Of a stretch of DNA of 64,000 bases, positions 1 through 12,381 are shown piece by piece. The DNA is taken from the NCBI GenBank assembly GCA_028534125.1, contig CM052817.1, forward strand, positions 101,992,001 to 102,056,000. Reading direction: 5' to 3'. The notes beneath the pieces are model-generated. The model was not told the DNA's origin and searched no databases. It saw nothing but the letters and a program-made list of their open reading frames with translations. Positions within the stretch are counted from its first letter, which is position 1. Every line of letters begins with the position of its first letter. Origin of the DNA: Lama glama (lineage: Eukaryota). The position numbers and the translations under genes were made by a program.

Positions 1-7
1 TTTTTAG

Positions 8-87
8 CTTCTTTCAGAAAGATCAAATTTAGGACAAATCAGAATGGAAAACCCTTTGATACCGCTTCTTTCTCTACCCATGGAATG
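8..87 (+). CDS. Candidate internal coding exon of an unidentified plus-strand gene (acceptor at 7 or 17)
   Basis: Pyrimidine-rich acceptors tttttAG (6-7) and cttctttcAG (16-17). Near-consensus donor ATG|GTGAGT at 88-93. Two open frames: LLSERSNLGQIRMENPLIPLLSLPME and SFRKIKFRTNQNGKPFDTASFSTHGM. Non-repetitive sequence; protein not recognised. Confidence 0.45.
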
Positions 88-429
88 GTGAGTTAACCAT
101 TTTTCTCCTTGTATGACAGCTAGAGGAGAGGGTGTCTTTGATTCAAAGCAGAATGGAGTGGGGACTGGACTCCCCAGAAGAAGTAAGGGCACAAATTGAA
201 TGAGGTTGGATGAAGAGGGAGAAACTAAACAGGAAGGCGGTGTTTGAGTCAACCTTTCTTCTTCCCATAGACTTTGCTTTCTTCTCTTGGCCAGTTGTAT
301 TGGACAGTATCCTCAGTACAAGACTGAACAGCAAATGGCCATTAAAGGCATCTTATTCTTGATTTAATGGTACTGGATTTACACTTTTACAACTGAGAAA
401 TGTTGTCTGGTGCAAGTTTGTGACAGAAA

Positions 430-1580
430 TCCTTTTCTAGGTTAAAGATGTTTCCATTTAGGCTCAGCTTACCTAGGATTTCCATCACGAATGGGTAAGT
501 GTTGAAATTTATCGAATTTTTTGCATCAGATAAAAATTTTCCTTTCATCTATTCATATTAGGTAAAAAATTAGTAGGTTTTCTGATATTTACCCCTTTTT
601 ACACCTTTGAAATAAACTCTCTTTGGTCATGATGAAAACTCTGCTAAATTCAGCTAATTTTTGCCTCTCTATTCGTAAATAAACTTGGACTATAATTGTG
701 TTGTTCCTTTTCATTTTGGGCCAACTAGACTTCTAGAAGGATTGAACAGCTTTTTAAACTTTCTATTCTCTGAAACAATCTTTATAAAGTACAGAATATC
801 TATTCCTGTAGATTTGATAGAATTTACTTCTAAAACAATTTCCTTCCACTTTCCCACCACCTCTATCACTCCCACTAATGGAAGAATTAACAACTTAGTC
901 AATTTCTTTAATGGTTACTGATTTTTAAAGGTTTTATGTTTCTTCTTGAGACTATTTTAATAATCGATATTTTATAGGATATCATCCGTTTTAAAAAATG
1001 AACTAGAATGTGTGTTACATTTATATTTCCTTATGAGTTTTAAAACTTTCTACTGTTTCCATAATTATGTTCCCCTTTTTTCCTAATTTTGTTTATTTGT
1101 GCATATTCACGTTTTTCTTATTGGTCTTGCTGGTGACTTGTGGATTTTATGAGATTTTCCCAAAGAACAGTTTTAATGTTCTTAATTCTATTTCTTTTTT
1201 TCTTGTTTATCAATATTCACCCTCATGTTTATTTTTTCTTTCTTCTACAATCTATAGGTTTATTTTTATTTTTTTCTAGGTGCTTAGGTTTCATGCATTT
1301 ACTTTCAATTTTTCTTATTTAAGTATTTAATACAAGTAGTACTTTAGCTGCTTCCTATGAAATTTTCTGTGAACTAATTTCATTAACATCTTGTTCTAAA
1401 TAATGTACATTGTGATTCCTCCTTATATCATGAATAACTTCAGATTTGGATTTTAAATTTTCTAACATATGAAGTTTTTAATCACATTTGTAATTTACTT
1501 CATTTATGGTGAGAGGATAGGCTGTATGATTCTGTATCTTGGAAATTTGTTATCTTTTGTGACCTACACTGTGGGTGATT
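430..1580 (-). mobile_element. Old L1 (L1M-type) ORF2 fragment, degraded
   Basis: T-rich antisense L1 ORF2-like text such as ccatcacgaatgggtaagtgttgaaatttatcgaattttttgcatc and tttagctgcttcctatgaaatttt. Confidence 0.7.
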
Positions 1581-1689
1581 CTACAAATGCATGTGAACGC
1601 AAGCTTGCTCATCTTCTTGTTCAGACTGTAAGTCCTTGCTAATTTTCCCTCTGGTCAGTGTCAAGAAGGAAAGAATATTCAGCTGAGAT

Positions 1690-2170
1690 GTGGAGGATGC
1701 ATTCTTCACGCAAAGGGAATCATCAGGTAGACGCATCAGTGTGTGTGAATCCCCCTGGGCGGGAAGAAGTGGACATGTTTGAAAACCTGAAAGAAGCCCA
1801 GTGTGTCTGCAGGATAGAGCATGAAGACAAGGGGCTTGGAGGAGGTCTCCAGGCCTGGAGACCCTGCTCTCATTTGTTTGTTTGTTAGCTGTGTGTGTGT
1901 ATGTGTGTGCTTGGGATAATGGAAAGCCATTGAAGATTTTTGACCAGGTGAATGTCATACTTATATTTGTGATCTGGCTATGGTGGGTGAAATAAAAAGG
2001 AGATCTGGGAGAGGAAGCCAGGAGATCAGTTGGGAGGCAAAGACAGCAGCCAGGAAAGAGATGATGGTGGCTGAGACCAGAGCCAGTGCATTGAATGGAA
2101 AGACTCAAAAGAGATGAGATATTAAAAAAGCCAAGTCACATGGACTTGTTCAGTGGCAGCAGGAATTGAG
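1690..2170 (-). mobile_element. L2 LINE fragment
   Basis: Resembles antisense L2 3' region (aatggaaagccattgaagattttt...gaagccaggagatcagttgggaggc...gagatgatggtggctgagaccag). Confidence 0.7.
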
Positions 2171-2464
2171 TGAAGTAATCCAGGTGACACGCCTCTGCCA
2201 GGCAACCACTTCCACCCATGCTGAGCCCCTCCGTGCTTGTGGGCTGCCCAGCACTCCATCCTCCATAGTAGAAACTTACATTCTTTGCTTCGTGCACAAA
2301 GGAGCAAAATGAGAGAGAAATAATTAGTAGGAAGATGGTGGATCTCTTGAGCCAAATGGAAGTTTTTATGGCTTCAAGTTTTTTGTAAATTATGGTCAAG
2401 TCCAGCCACACATGACTAGAGTTTCTGCTCCTTTCCCTCCATTCTGCCAAATCATAAATTTCAG

Positions 2465-2505
2465 GACTGAGCTCATAAAAAAGATCATTGAAAGTTGTCT
2501 CATAC
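2465..2505 (+). CDS. Possible 41-nt exon, or start of an alternative terminal exon
   Basis: Pyrimidine tract then tttcAG (2463-2464); weak donor TAC|GTATGC at 2506. Phase-compatible with exon 8-87 and exon 2871 (W-TELIKKIIESCLI-R). In the other open frame it gives an immediate stop (M-D-stop). Confidence 0.25.
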
Positions 2506-2870
2506 GTATGCTTTCCTGGTGGATGACAAAGGACATACATTTAATATACATTTATTTATTGGTTTAATATTCTGGGCTTAAACGAAGTGTCATTACTTTA
2601 ATGCCCATTCAATGTCAAGGACGCCATGTTTATTTAAGGGTACTTTATGGTCACCTGCCATCCACCTGATCCAAAGGCTCCAAATGGGGAAAGTTAGAGG
2701 TTTTTTGGAGCAGTGACTTCGTGCCACACTGCTTCATCTATAGAATGTTCTGAAGGGCTTTTTACCTCCTTCTCTAGACAACCCTTTTTCTTGGGTTGAA
2801 AGGATGGGAACAGATTCAATTCAGTAGACAGAGAGGACTGCTTGCATTCATATCTCTCTTCCCTCGTCAG

Positions 2871-4112
2871 GTTTGGCCCAGCAGGAATCATCCAACAGTG
2901 TTGCCTTGCACAGCTCAGAGCCCAGGACAGTGGTGAAGAGTGGCGGCCACTCCTTTATAGAAGTGGTGTCATCCTGGCAGGCTCTACAGAAGCATTGTTG
3001 GGGTTCTTCTCTGAAGTAGTTCCACACTTTGAAGAATATCAAGGCCAATACCTTTTCTTCCTTTTCTAGAATAAGAGAATCTGGAAACTAAATTGGATTG
3101 TTTTCTTCAAATGCTAGAGTGAATATATAACTATATTCATCAGGAAACTTCTGACTTTGTTCCAGATACTCCTGTGGTCTGTCTTCTAGGGAGAGCCCTG
3201 GTGGAACGGTCAATGTTCTGCTGGCAATTGGACCTTCTTTGTGGGATGCTTTTGCAGTTGGTACTGATTCCAGTCTAAGAGGATAACTTCCAGATGTCTT
3301 CCTCTATGCTCCTATCGAACATCAAGATGAGAGAAACTGTAGATAGGGAAATTATCTGAACCAGAAACTCTCAAGTGTAGGGACATACCTCTCCTTTGAA
3401 GAGCGGTCTTTCAGGATATATGTTAGTGCCTTCCCATTGCCTTTTTCCCAAGAATTTGAAAATTATCGTGTGTTGTAGGAGGTATTATTGATGGAATTAT
3501 AAATGCTTAGGAAAGAGAGGAAAAAGTGAGACCTCTCAAATGAAGAGTTAAGCTGTTTGTTTACTTTTCTAAGGATCCATTTATTTCTCTAAGATCTAAC
3601 CTTGGCTGAAATTAAGCTATTGAAAGCAGAATACTTTATCCACTCCAAGTTTTGTTTTAATAGTATTCTTTTAGCTTTTAGCAAAATTTGCTACAAGAAA
3701 ATGCTACAAGATGGCATTCACTTTTTAATTTATTACACAAAAAAAGACATGAGGATTGTTTATTACATTGCTTAATGCTTTCTGGACAAAGCTCAATGTG
3801 AGAAATTTCTCCTAGCATCTAGAAGATACTTTTTTTCTTTTAAAAAACTGATTTGACTACTTCTTTCCAAAATGAGAGTAATGTAAATTGTAGTGTCCTT
3901 TTTGCTTTGGTTACAAGGAAGTTTATAGGCAACTTTTTAGCTCACAATTTTGAAGCAGTATGTCTGCAATCTTGCTTTTTATTTGTTTATGAATTTGTGT
4001 TTTCATTTTATTAACCTTTTGTTAATTAGCTTTTTCGCAAGGCAACTCAAAATTTCTTTGTAAAGAGAAAAATTATGAATATTGCATACATCAATAAATG
4101 GTATGTTCTGCA
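2871..4112 (+). other. Candidate terminal exon (short coding part plus ~1.1 kb 3'UTR)
   Basis: Strong acceptor tatctctcttccctcgtcAG|G at 2870. Stops at 2936, 3019 or 3069 depending on frame. Followed by repeat-free, increasingly U-rich sequence ending in AATAAA at 4093. Confidence 0.45.
4093..4098 (+). terminator. Candidate polyadenylation signal
   Basis: AATAAA at the end of a U-rich stretch, TGTA ~35 nt upstream, CA dinucleotide at 4111-4112. Confidence 0.4.
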
Positions 4113-4532
4113 TTTCCCATGTTCAAGCTCCGCAGAAGTCCTTTAGAATGGAAGCAGCTGGGGACTTACTCATCTCCCATTCTAGGTGAAATGCTCTACC
4201 TGAAATTGCACCTTATCCATAATCCCACAAAATCTAAAATTGCACCAAAATCTTCCAGATTTTCCCCTTGAACAGAACTAGCTTCAAGAGGCTGAGAAGG
4301 ACTCCGGAAAGCTAAATGAGCAGCTCCTAATTTTAGACACAAATGACTGGAGATGGACTTGCCCAACACACCTATAAGTGTGAGGTTTCAAAAACATTGG
4401 TGGTGGCCAGTTCCAGCCACTCTTAAAGTCAAGTTGTATTTTACCTAAATTTTTATACTCCATTTTTATAGAATTTCTTTTTGTCCAGGCTACATCTAGT
4501 TGGCATTCTGACTGTTTGATAACTCTTGGAGC

Positions 4533-7500
4533 ATTTTTCTCCCAGGTTTTATTGCAATATAGTTGACATATAACACTGTGTAAGTTTAAGGTATATAACA
4601 TGATGATTTGCTATATTTATATACTGTGAAATGATTACCACAATAAGGTTAGTTAACACATCCATCACCTCACATACTTACCATTTGTGTGTGTATGTGG
4701 TGAGAACTCTTAAGATCTACTCTCTTAGGAACTTTCAAGTGTAAAATACATGATTGGTAATTATAATCATCATGTTGTACATTACATTCCCAGAACTTAT
4801 TCATTGTATAACTGGAAGTTTGTATCCTTTGTCCACCTTCATCCGTTTTTGTTGCTGTGAGTGGCTTAAGGTAGGAGTCCAGTTTTATTTTTCTGCATGT
4901 GAATATCCAACTTTCCTCTACTGGGTATTCTTGGCTCCCTTGTCAAATATTAGTTGACTACATATGCATAGGTTTATTTTCAGGTTCCTTATTGTATTCC
5001 ATTGATCTATTTGTCTGTTTTTATGCTAGTACCATATTGTTTTGATTACTATAAGCTGAGATAAAGCTTGAAATCAGGAAGTGTGATGCCTCCAGCTTTG
5101 TTCTTCTTTCTCAAGACTGCTTTGGCTATTTCTTTATGGTTCTATATGAATTTTAGAATTGTTTTTTTTCTATTTCTATATAAAAACAGTCATTGGAAGC
5201 TTAATAAAGATTGCACTGAATCTATAGATGGCTTTGGGTAGTATGGGCATTTTAACAATATTTATTCTTCCAATCCATGAACACAGAATAGCCTTCCATT
5301 TATTTGTGTCTTCAGTTTATTTAATCAGTTTCTTATAGTTTTCCGTGTACAGATGTTTCATCTCCTTGGTTAAATTTATTACTAAGTATTTTATTGTTTT
5401 TGATGCTGTTGTGAATGGGATTGTTTCTTTCCTTTTTGGATAGTTCATTGCTAGTGTTTTGGGATGGATCTGATTTTTGTATGTAGATTTTGTATCTTGC
5501 AACATTACTGAAGTCATTTATTAGTTCTAACAGTTCTTTGGTAGAATCTTTACGGTTTTCTATACATAAGATCATATCATCTGCAAGCAGGCACTGTTTT
5601 ACTTCTTCCTTTTTAATTTAAATGCCTTTTAATTCATTTTCTTGCCTGAGTGCTCTGGCTTGAATTTCCAGTACTATGTTGAATGGATGTGGTAAGAGTG
5701 GGTGTTTTTGATTTGTTACTGATTTTAGAGGAAAAGCTTTCAATCTTTTACCTTTTCAACCTTTCGTGTTAGCTGTGGGCTTGCCATATATGGCCTTTAT
5801 TATGTTGAGGTACATTCTTTCTAAATCTAACTTGAGAGTTTTTATCATGAAAACATGTTGAATTTTGTCAAATGTTTTTTCTGCATCTATTGAGATGATC
5901 ACATGATTTTTACCTTTTATTGTAGTAATGTAATATAACATATTTATTGATATGTGTATGTTGAACCATCCTTGCATCACAGGGATGAATCCTACTTGAT
6001 TATGGTGCATGATCATTTAAATGTGTTGTTGAATTCAGCTTTCTAGTATTTTGTTGAAAATTTTTACATGTGTATTCATTAGGGATATTGGCCTGTAGTT
6101 TTCTTTTCTCATAATATACCTTATCTGTAAAAAAAAAANNNNNNNNNNNNNNNNNNNNNNNNNNNNNNNNNNNNNNNNNNNNNNNNNNNNNNNNNNNNNN
6201 NNNNNNNNNNNNNNNNNNNNNNNNNNNNNNNNNNNNNNGTTGTTTCCATTTTTTTTTAATTTCAAGTTTTATTTTTCTTTTTGATTTCTTCTTTAGCAAC
6301 TGGTTGTTAAAGAGTGTGTTGTTTAATATCCATTTGTGTGTGTATGTGTGAATTTTCCAGGTTTCCTCCTGTTATAAATTTATGTTTTCATACCGTTTGT
6401 GGTCAGAAAAGATATTTGACATAATTTCTATCTTCTTGGATATTCTGTGACTTGTTTTGTAGCCTAATATATGATCTGTCTTAAAAAATGTTCTGTGTGT
6501 GCTTCTGCTTCTGTTGGATAGAATATTCTGTATATGTGTTAGGTTCATTTGGTCAGTGTTCCAATTGGTGTTTCCTATCACCTGGGTGATTAATCCATTG
6601 TTGAGAGTGGAATATTTAAGTCCTCATTTACTATTGTACTGCTGTTTATTTATCATTTTAGTTCTGTTAGTATTTGCTTTATACACTTAGGCATTCCAAT
6701 GTTGTATGTGTAAATATTTACAATTCTTACATCTTCTTGATGAGTTAACTCATTTGTCATTATATGATGACCTTCTTTGTCTTTTGTAACCATTTTTGGC
6801 TTAAAGTCTATTTTGTTTGATATAAATATAGCCATTCTTGCTTCTTTTGGTTAACATTTGCTTGTTTATTTTTTCCGTTCCTTTACTCTCAGCCTGTGTG
6901 TGTCCTTAAAGCTAAAGTGAATCTCTTGTAGGTAGCATATTGTTAGATCTTTTTGCTTTAATTAATTTGGCCATTCTGTGTCTTTTGATTGGGGAATTTA
7001 ATTGATTTACATTTAAAGTAATTATTGAGTGGTAAGAGCTTACTATAGCTATCTTATTGTTTTCTGGCTGTTTTGTAGTTTCTTTGTTCCTTTCTTCCTC
7101 TTTTGTTGGTTTTTTTTTTTGTGGTTTTTTTTTGGTGGGTTGATAATTTTCTATAGTGGTATGTTTTGATTTCCTTCTTTTATCTTTTATGTATTTACTG
7201 TAGTTTTTTTTCCTTTATCATTACCATGAGGTTTACATAGAACATCTTATAGATAACAGTCTATTTTATGCTGATAACAACTTAACTTTGATCACATATA
7301 AAACCTCTACTTTTTTATTTACCTCCCCCCCTGTAATTTATGTTTTTGATATCATAATTTACCTCCTTTAATATTGTATCTCCATTAACAAAGTATTGTA
7401 GCTATCATTATTCTTAATTGTTTTGTCCTTTAAACCTTTATACTAGAGTTAAGTGATTAACACAGCACCATATTACAATATAAGAATATTTTGAATTTGA

Positions 7501-9335
7501 TTGTATTCTCACCTTTATCAGCATGTTTTATATTTTCATATTTTCTTGTTATTATTTAGTATCTATTCATTTCAGCTGGAAGAAATAGAAGTCCATTTCT
7601 TTCAGCATTTCCTTTTTAAGAGGATTATTCTTAATTCTTTGTTAGACAGTTCATAGATCTTTTTAGGGTCAGTTATTGGAGCTTTGTTGGTTTCTTTTGG
7701 TGGTTTCTTTGGTTGGTTTCTTTGTTGGTTTCTTTTCCTTCATGTTGATATCTGCACATTTGCATAAGTGGTCTTTTCCCCTAGACTTTACAGGTTTGCA
7801 TTGACAGGGAAAGACATTCACCAGTCAGCTCAGCTCATTTGGGATACTGGCTGGGTCAGCTGGTAGTTCCTGCAAGTAAGCAAGACTTGCTGTTGGAATG
7901 TCCAGTTGGGTAAGAGTATTGTCCATGCTCTGAGGTTGGAGGAAGGGGCTTCTGTCTGGTCCCCCCAAGTTGGGTGGGCATGCTGGCTATTCTTTGTGGC
8001 CAGGTGAGACCATTAGCTGAGTCCTGTAAGCACCTCTGGTCAGGCAAGTTTGCAGTCTTGGTTCCTTGGCAGGGCAGTGCTGCTGGCTGACCTCTGTGAT
8101 TGGGAAGGGCTACAGGGTGAGCTTCCCCGTGACTCCTGGTCAACTGGGGCCTCAGGCTGTGCCTCGCAATTGGGCGGGGCTGCAGGCTCTGCTTTGCTGT
8201 TGGGCGGGTCATTTAGTGTGCTTTGCAGTTGGGTTAGGTTAACTGGTTAGGGTTTCTGATCAGGCAAGTCTTCCGTCTGTATCCTGCAGTTGGAGGGGGT
8301 TGGAGACTATGCTCTGCAGTTGGGCATGGTCTTTGTCTGAGTTCTGGCGGGATGGGGCTGCAGGCTATGCATCAAGATTGGGTGTGGTTGCTGGCTGGGC
8401 TCTTCTCCTAAGAGAAGCCAAAAGCTATGTTCTGCAAGCCACCAAGCCCTTAATCTGAGCTGTTCCTGAGTAGGGTTGTAAGCTATGCTCCATGGCTGGG
8501 CAGTATGGTAGGCTAGTCTCAGAGGCTGCCCAAGGTCACTGTTTAAGCTCTCTGGTTACATGGGCAAGGCTGCTGGTGTGGCTCACGATCTGATGTGGGC
8601 TGTCAGATGAGCTCCACAGCCATCCAGGTTCTCTGGCCAACTTCTTTGTCAGGTATGACTGTAGGTTATGCTCTGCAGTTGGGTGCAGCTTCAAACTTGC
8701 TTTTTCTGCGTGGGTGGAACCATAGAACTGCCTCTATGCTGATATTGCCAATTGAATTGGGACCCAATTCAGGCAAAACTGCCAGCTAAGCTCTTTGGAC
8801 AGACAGGGCCACTGACTTGGCTCTACAGATGGGCAGAGCCACTAACAGGGATGTTTGGTGGGGCACAACTGAAAGCAGTAACATGGTCTCCAGGATCTGA
8901 GTGCTGGCTGCTGTGAGCCTTGCTCTTCTTCTTGGTCTCTATTGGCTCCCCACTGGTCAAGTCCTGTAGAGTCCCCCAGTGATGATTCCTGGGAGACTAG
9001 ACTGTAGTGGACCTTCTAGGAAGTGTCCCATTATGCTGGGGGAGCTGGATGTCCACCTCGGGTTCTCCTTCCCCACTTGAGAAACCATAGGCCCAAGGGG
9101 GCCCCTCAGTGTGACACTGCGCCAGCCTGGAGGAGGGGCAAAAGTGAAACTGCCCCTCTTCCCTTTCTGATGTGGTCCTTCTTTGTCTCTGGGGTCCAGG
9201 GGTATGTCAACCTTGTCTCCAGGTTCTGGGATTGTCACATTTGTATATTGTCTATGGGTAGTTGTTAGCTGGTCCTCTTGTGAAGGGGCCTGAAATAGAG
9301 AACAACCTCTGTCATCATCTGGATTACATCAGGTC
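4533..9335 (-). mobile_element. L1 retaining both ends but internally deleted (L1MA9/L1M2-like)
   Basis: 3' UTR end at 4533-4845. ORF2 RT remnants ([53 protein letters not shown]). Endonuclease remnants (DKEGHHIM, HQEDVRIVNIY, TFFKTDHILG). GC-rich 5'UTR at ~7800-9335. Confidence 0.9.
6139..6238. other. Assembly gap (100 N)
   Basis: Run of N. Confidence 1.
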
Positions 9336-9339
9336 TCCA

Positions 9340-9416
9340 ACATGGGATTTCTTTGGGAGGCAATAAAAATGTTCTAAAATTGACTATAGTGATGATTGCC
9401 CAACTCTGGAGATATC
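9340..9416 (+). mobile_element. Short L1MB-like 3' UTR fragment
   Basis: gggatttctttgggaggcaataaaaatgttctaaaattgactatagtgatgattgcccaactctg resembles the L1MB 3' end. Confidence 0.6.
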
Positions 9417-10510
9417 TTGCTTTTTCCAGCTGGGCCTGGGCCTGGGCCTGTCATAGATTTTCTGCTCATTGACTCCTCATCTTCTTCCAAAGAAACATCT
9501 GAATTGGATGGACAATTGATGTAAGTGTCAGCTGAACCAGAAACATCCAAGTACTTTAGACTCTCTCCCTTGGCTCTTTTTGGAAACCTTATCCAGATCT
9601 TAGAGAGCTTTTAAGATGTGGCCAGAGCACAGTGCCTGGCAGGACACCTGGCTCATAGTAGGTGATCAGTCACTTGAACTGCATTATGTCACTTATCTTT
9701 GGACTCTCTTTAGGGCACAGAAATGATGTAAAGGATTCTTGTTAATACTGACCTGAGTGTGGCATTCAAAGGCCACCAAACGCAGAGCAGTAGAGTCCTC
9801 CATGGAACACCAGGGAGGCTTTTTCAGAGCGTTTGTTCAAGCTCATAAAAGCCCTTTGTGGGTTCCTCCTGGGCACATAATATCATCCTCTATGCCATTA
9901 AATCAATCTATTTTAATTGGAAAATGACTCCCATTTTTGAATCTGCAGAAAGTCCATGCCCACCTCCATCTATATCTCCAGCGGCAGATTTCCAGTGTCC
10001 TGACAGCAGCAGGGCTTTTTGTCCTCCCTGTAGTCCTGAAGCCACCAGGGGCCAAAGACCAATTTGGTGTAATAAATTTAATGTTTAATCTGAGCCATAT
10101 AGTTTCAGGCCAGCCAGCAAGGGTTTTTTTCCATTAAGTGGACCAAAGAAGCAACTGCGGGCGGAGTGGGCAAACCCTTCTGGGGCCAACCTCATTCCAA
10201 GTCCAGCCAGCTTCTAAGCCACTTTCAGGGCTGCCCCAAGACCTTTTTGGCAGCAGTTTATGGTGCCTTTGGCTCTTTGAATCTACACTGGGCCGTTCTC
10301 AAGCATGCATTGTAACTCTTGGAAGCTGCGCTAGTTGACTTCTTGTCTAAAAAGTTTGTCACTCAGAATAGTGACAAGAAAGTTTTGTGAGTGATCAGTT
10401 CCCTTAGCTATCTTGGGAACCTGTTTTTTTTATGTGAGTTAATATTATCTATATTTAAAGAACACCTAAAAATGACATTTTTCAAAGGAAGCCAAATGCA
10501 AAATAGTCTT

Positions 10511-10693
10511 GGGGAGGGTAGAATATAGCTCAATGGTAGAGTGCATGCTTAGCATGCACAGGGTGCTGGGCTCAATCCCCAGAACTTCCATTAAGTAAAT
10601 AAACCTAATTACCTCCTTTCTAAATAAATAAATACATGAATACATAAATAAGAAAAGAAAACCATAAAATTAAATAAAAAATAAATTAAAAAA
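10511..10693 (+). mobile_element. tRNA-derived SINE (camelid Vic-1-like)
   Basis: A box tagctcaatggtagag, B box gggctcaatcccc, A-rich tail, TSD caaaatagt (10499-10507 and 10694-10702). Confidence 0.9.
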
Positions 10694-10839
10694 CAAAATA
10701 GTTTGGAGATTGCTAAATTTAAGGGCTTCAAAAAATTATCTGGTCCAGGACTGCTAAGACCTTCGGGACCCAGGACATCAATATGAAATGGAAATTCCAG
10801 GGCTTTTGAATCTGATACCTATTAGATTCATCTACTCAT

Positions 10840-11000
10840 CCCTTCATTTATTTCATCAACATCATGAGCAGCTACTCAGCTAAACCTTAGCAGAGTCAAA
10901 GATGAATTAAAGGAGGTACCTGCCTTTGGAGAGGTCACAGTTTGGTACAGAACACTTATGAACATCAACAATGTGATGGGTGCTGTCAGAGGGGCACAGG
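10840..11000 (-). mobile_element. L2 3' end fragment
   Basis: ttcatttatttcatcaacatcatgagcagctact...cctgcctttggagaggtcacagtttgg. Confidence 0.5.
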
Positions 11001-11842
11001 GGTCCTTAAAACCAAAAGGAAATTGAAACAAAGAAAAGGCCAGTCAAAATGAATTCATGTAAAGTGGAAGCTACTACTTTTCCAATTTACTTGGAAAAGG
11101 TTTGTTTGAGAATTCGTTTTGAGAAATAAAACTAAAAGCATGAAAATATTTTTTATTAAGCAAAATAGATTATCACTTAATTGATCTAGTCTAGGTCTTC
11201 TGACTTCTCATCAAGCCAAGGGGGTAGGTTGTGTTACCAGGCAAATGAGGAAAAGCTGGGCAGAAAAGACAGCAGACGTTACAGGGCCAAGCCCTCATCT
11301 TCCATCTGTTTTTATCTTTCTATTCATCTCCTGGTAGTATTATCCGGGTCCTCATGTAGGCCATTTGAATTAACTGAGGCGAATCCGACTTGGACTTGAG
11401 TTTTACTTTCATTACTGTAGTACTTGATTGGGAAACAGAATTTACACAGGAATAGGAAGTAGTCTACAGATGCCCCAAATTTAATTTTGTGAGCTTCTTT
11501 ACTGTGATTAAACCTGAGAAAGAGGGTATTTTTCTCCCTTTAATTTTAACTGTGATTTGATAAATTAGTAGAAGTGTGGCAGCAAATGCATTGAAAGTTT
11601 CAGCTCAGAAGAAATTTGTGTCAAAAAATGTCCTGCCCTCTCTCAAAAGGCTATGAGAGAAATATAATAGAACCACTTTTATCTTCTTGAATGAAGAGAG
11701 CAATGCATTTAAATTAAATTAAGTAAATTAAATTAAATTAAATAGCATTTATGGTTCTTAATGTTAATACTTTAAGTATATATATATATATAATATTTTT
11801 TATTAATTTATGGCCTTGAAACTAGTTCTAAAACTGATTAAG

Positions 11843-12121
11843 GAAACAGACTCACAGATATAGAAATAAATTTATGATTACCAGGGGAAAAAGGGGATAG
11901 GAAGTAATAAACTGGGAGTTTGAGATACTAACTACCATACATAAAATAGATAAACAAGTTTCTATTGTATAGCATAGGGAAGTATATCCAATATCTTGTA
12001 GTAACCCATGATGAAGAAGAATATGAAAAGGAATATATGTATGTATGCGTATAATTGAAACATGATGCTGTACATCAGAAACTGACAGAACATTGTAAAC
12101 GGACAATACTTCAAATAAAAG
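11843..12121 (+). mobile_element. 5'-truncated artiodactyl-type L1 3' end
   Basis: gaaacagactcacagatatagaaataaatttatgattacc...acattgtaaacggacaatacttcaaataaaa. Imperfect TSD aaaactgattaag / aaaatggattaag. Confidence 0.9.
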
Positions 12122-12381
12122 AAAATGGATTAAGTACACCAAAACTTATTTAGCTGGTAAAATTTGCCCTTGGCTTTGTTAAGAATTAGTCCACTCACCA
12201 CATACATAATATATATATATGTATATCAAGAAACATACAGTGAGCATTTCACTAGTGCTGGGCTCTGAACTAAGAGCTGTGAGACACAAAGCAAATGTCC
12301 TCAACATGTTTACCATTTAGTTAAGGAGTTAAGACTTAGACTTGAAATCAGGGAGAACTGTGCATGGTAGTGTATGCTCTG

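Noticed and set aside
1581..2108. 175-aa minus-strand ORF
   Set aside because: Lies over a degraded L2 and a TG tract; no recognisable protein features
2872..2910. GIIQQCC resembling the insulin A-chain start
   Set aside because: Remaining cysteines of the CCxxxCx8C pattern and a dibasic cleavage site are absent
2694..3305. Long near-open minus-strand frames suggesting a pseudogene
   Set aside because: No recognisable homology and an internal stop; better explained as the antisense of the plus-strand terminal exon
10511..10590. tRNA gene-like sequence (also at 17840, 26405 and 31579)
   Set aside because: SINE heads with A-rich tails and TSDs; no proper acceptor stem
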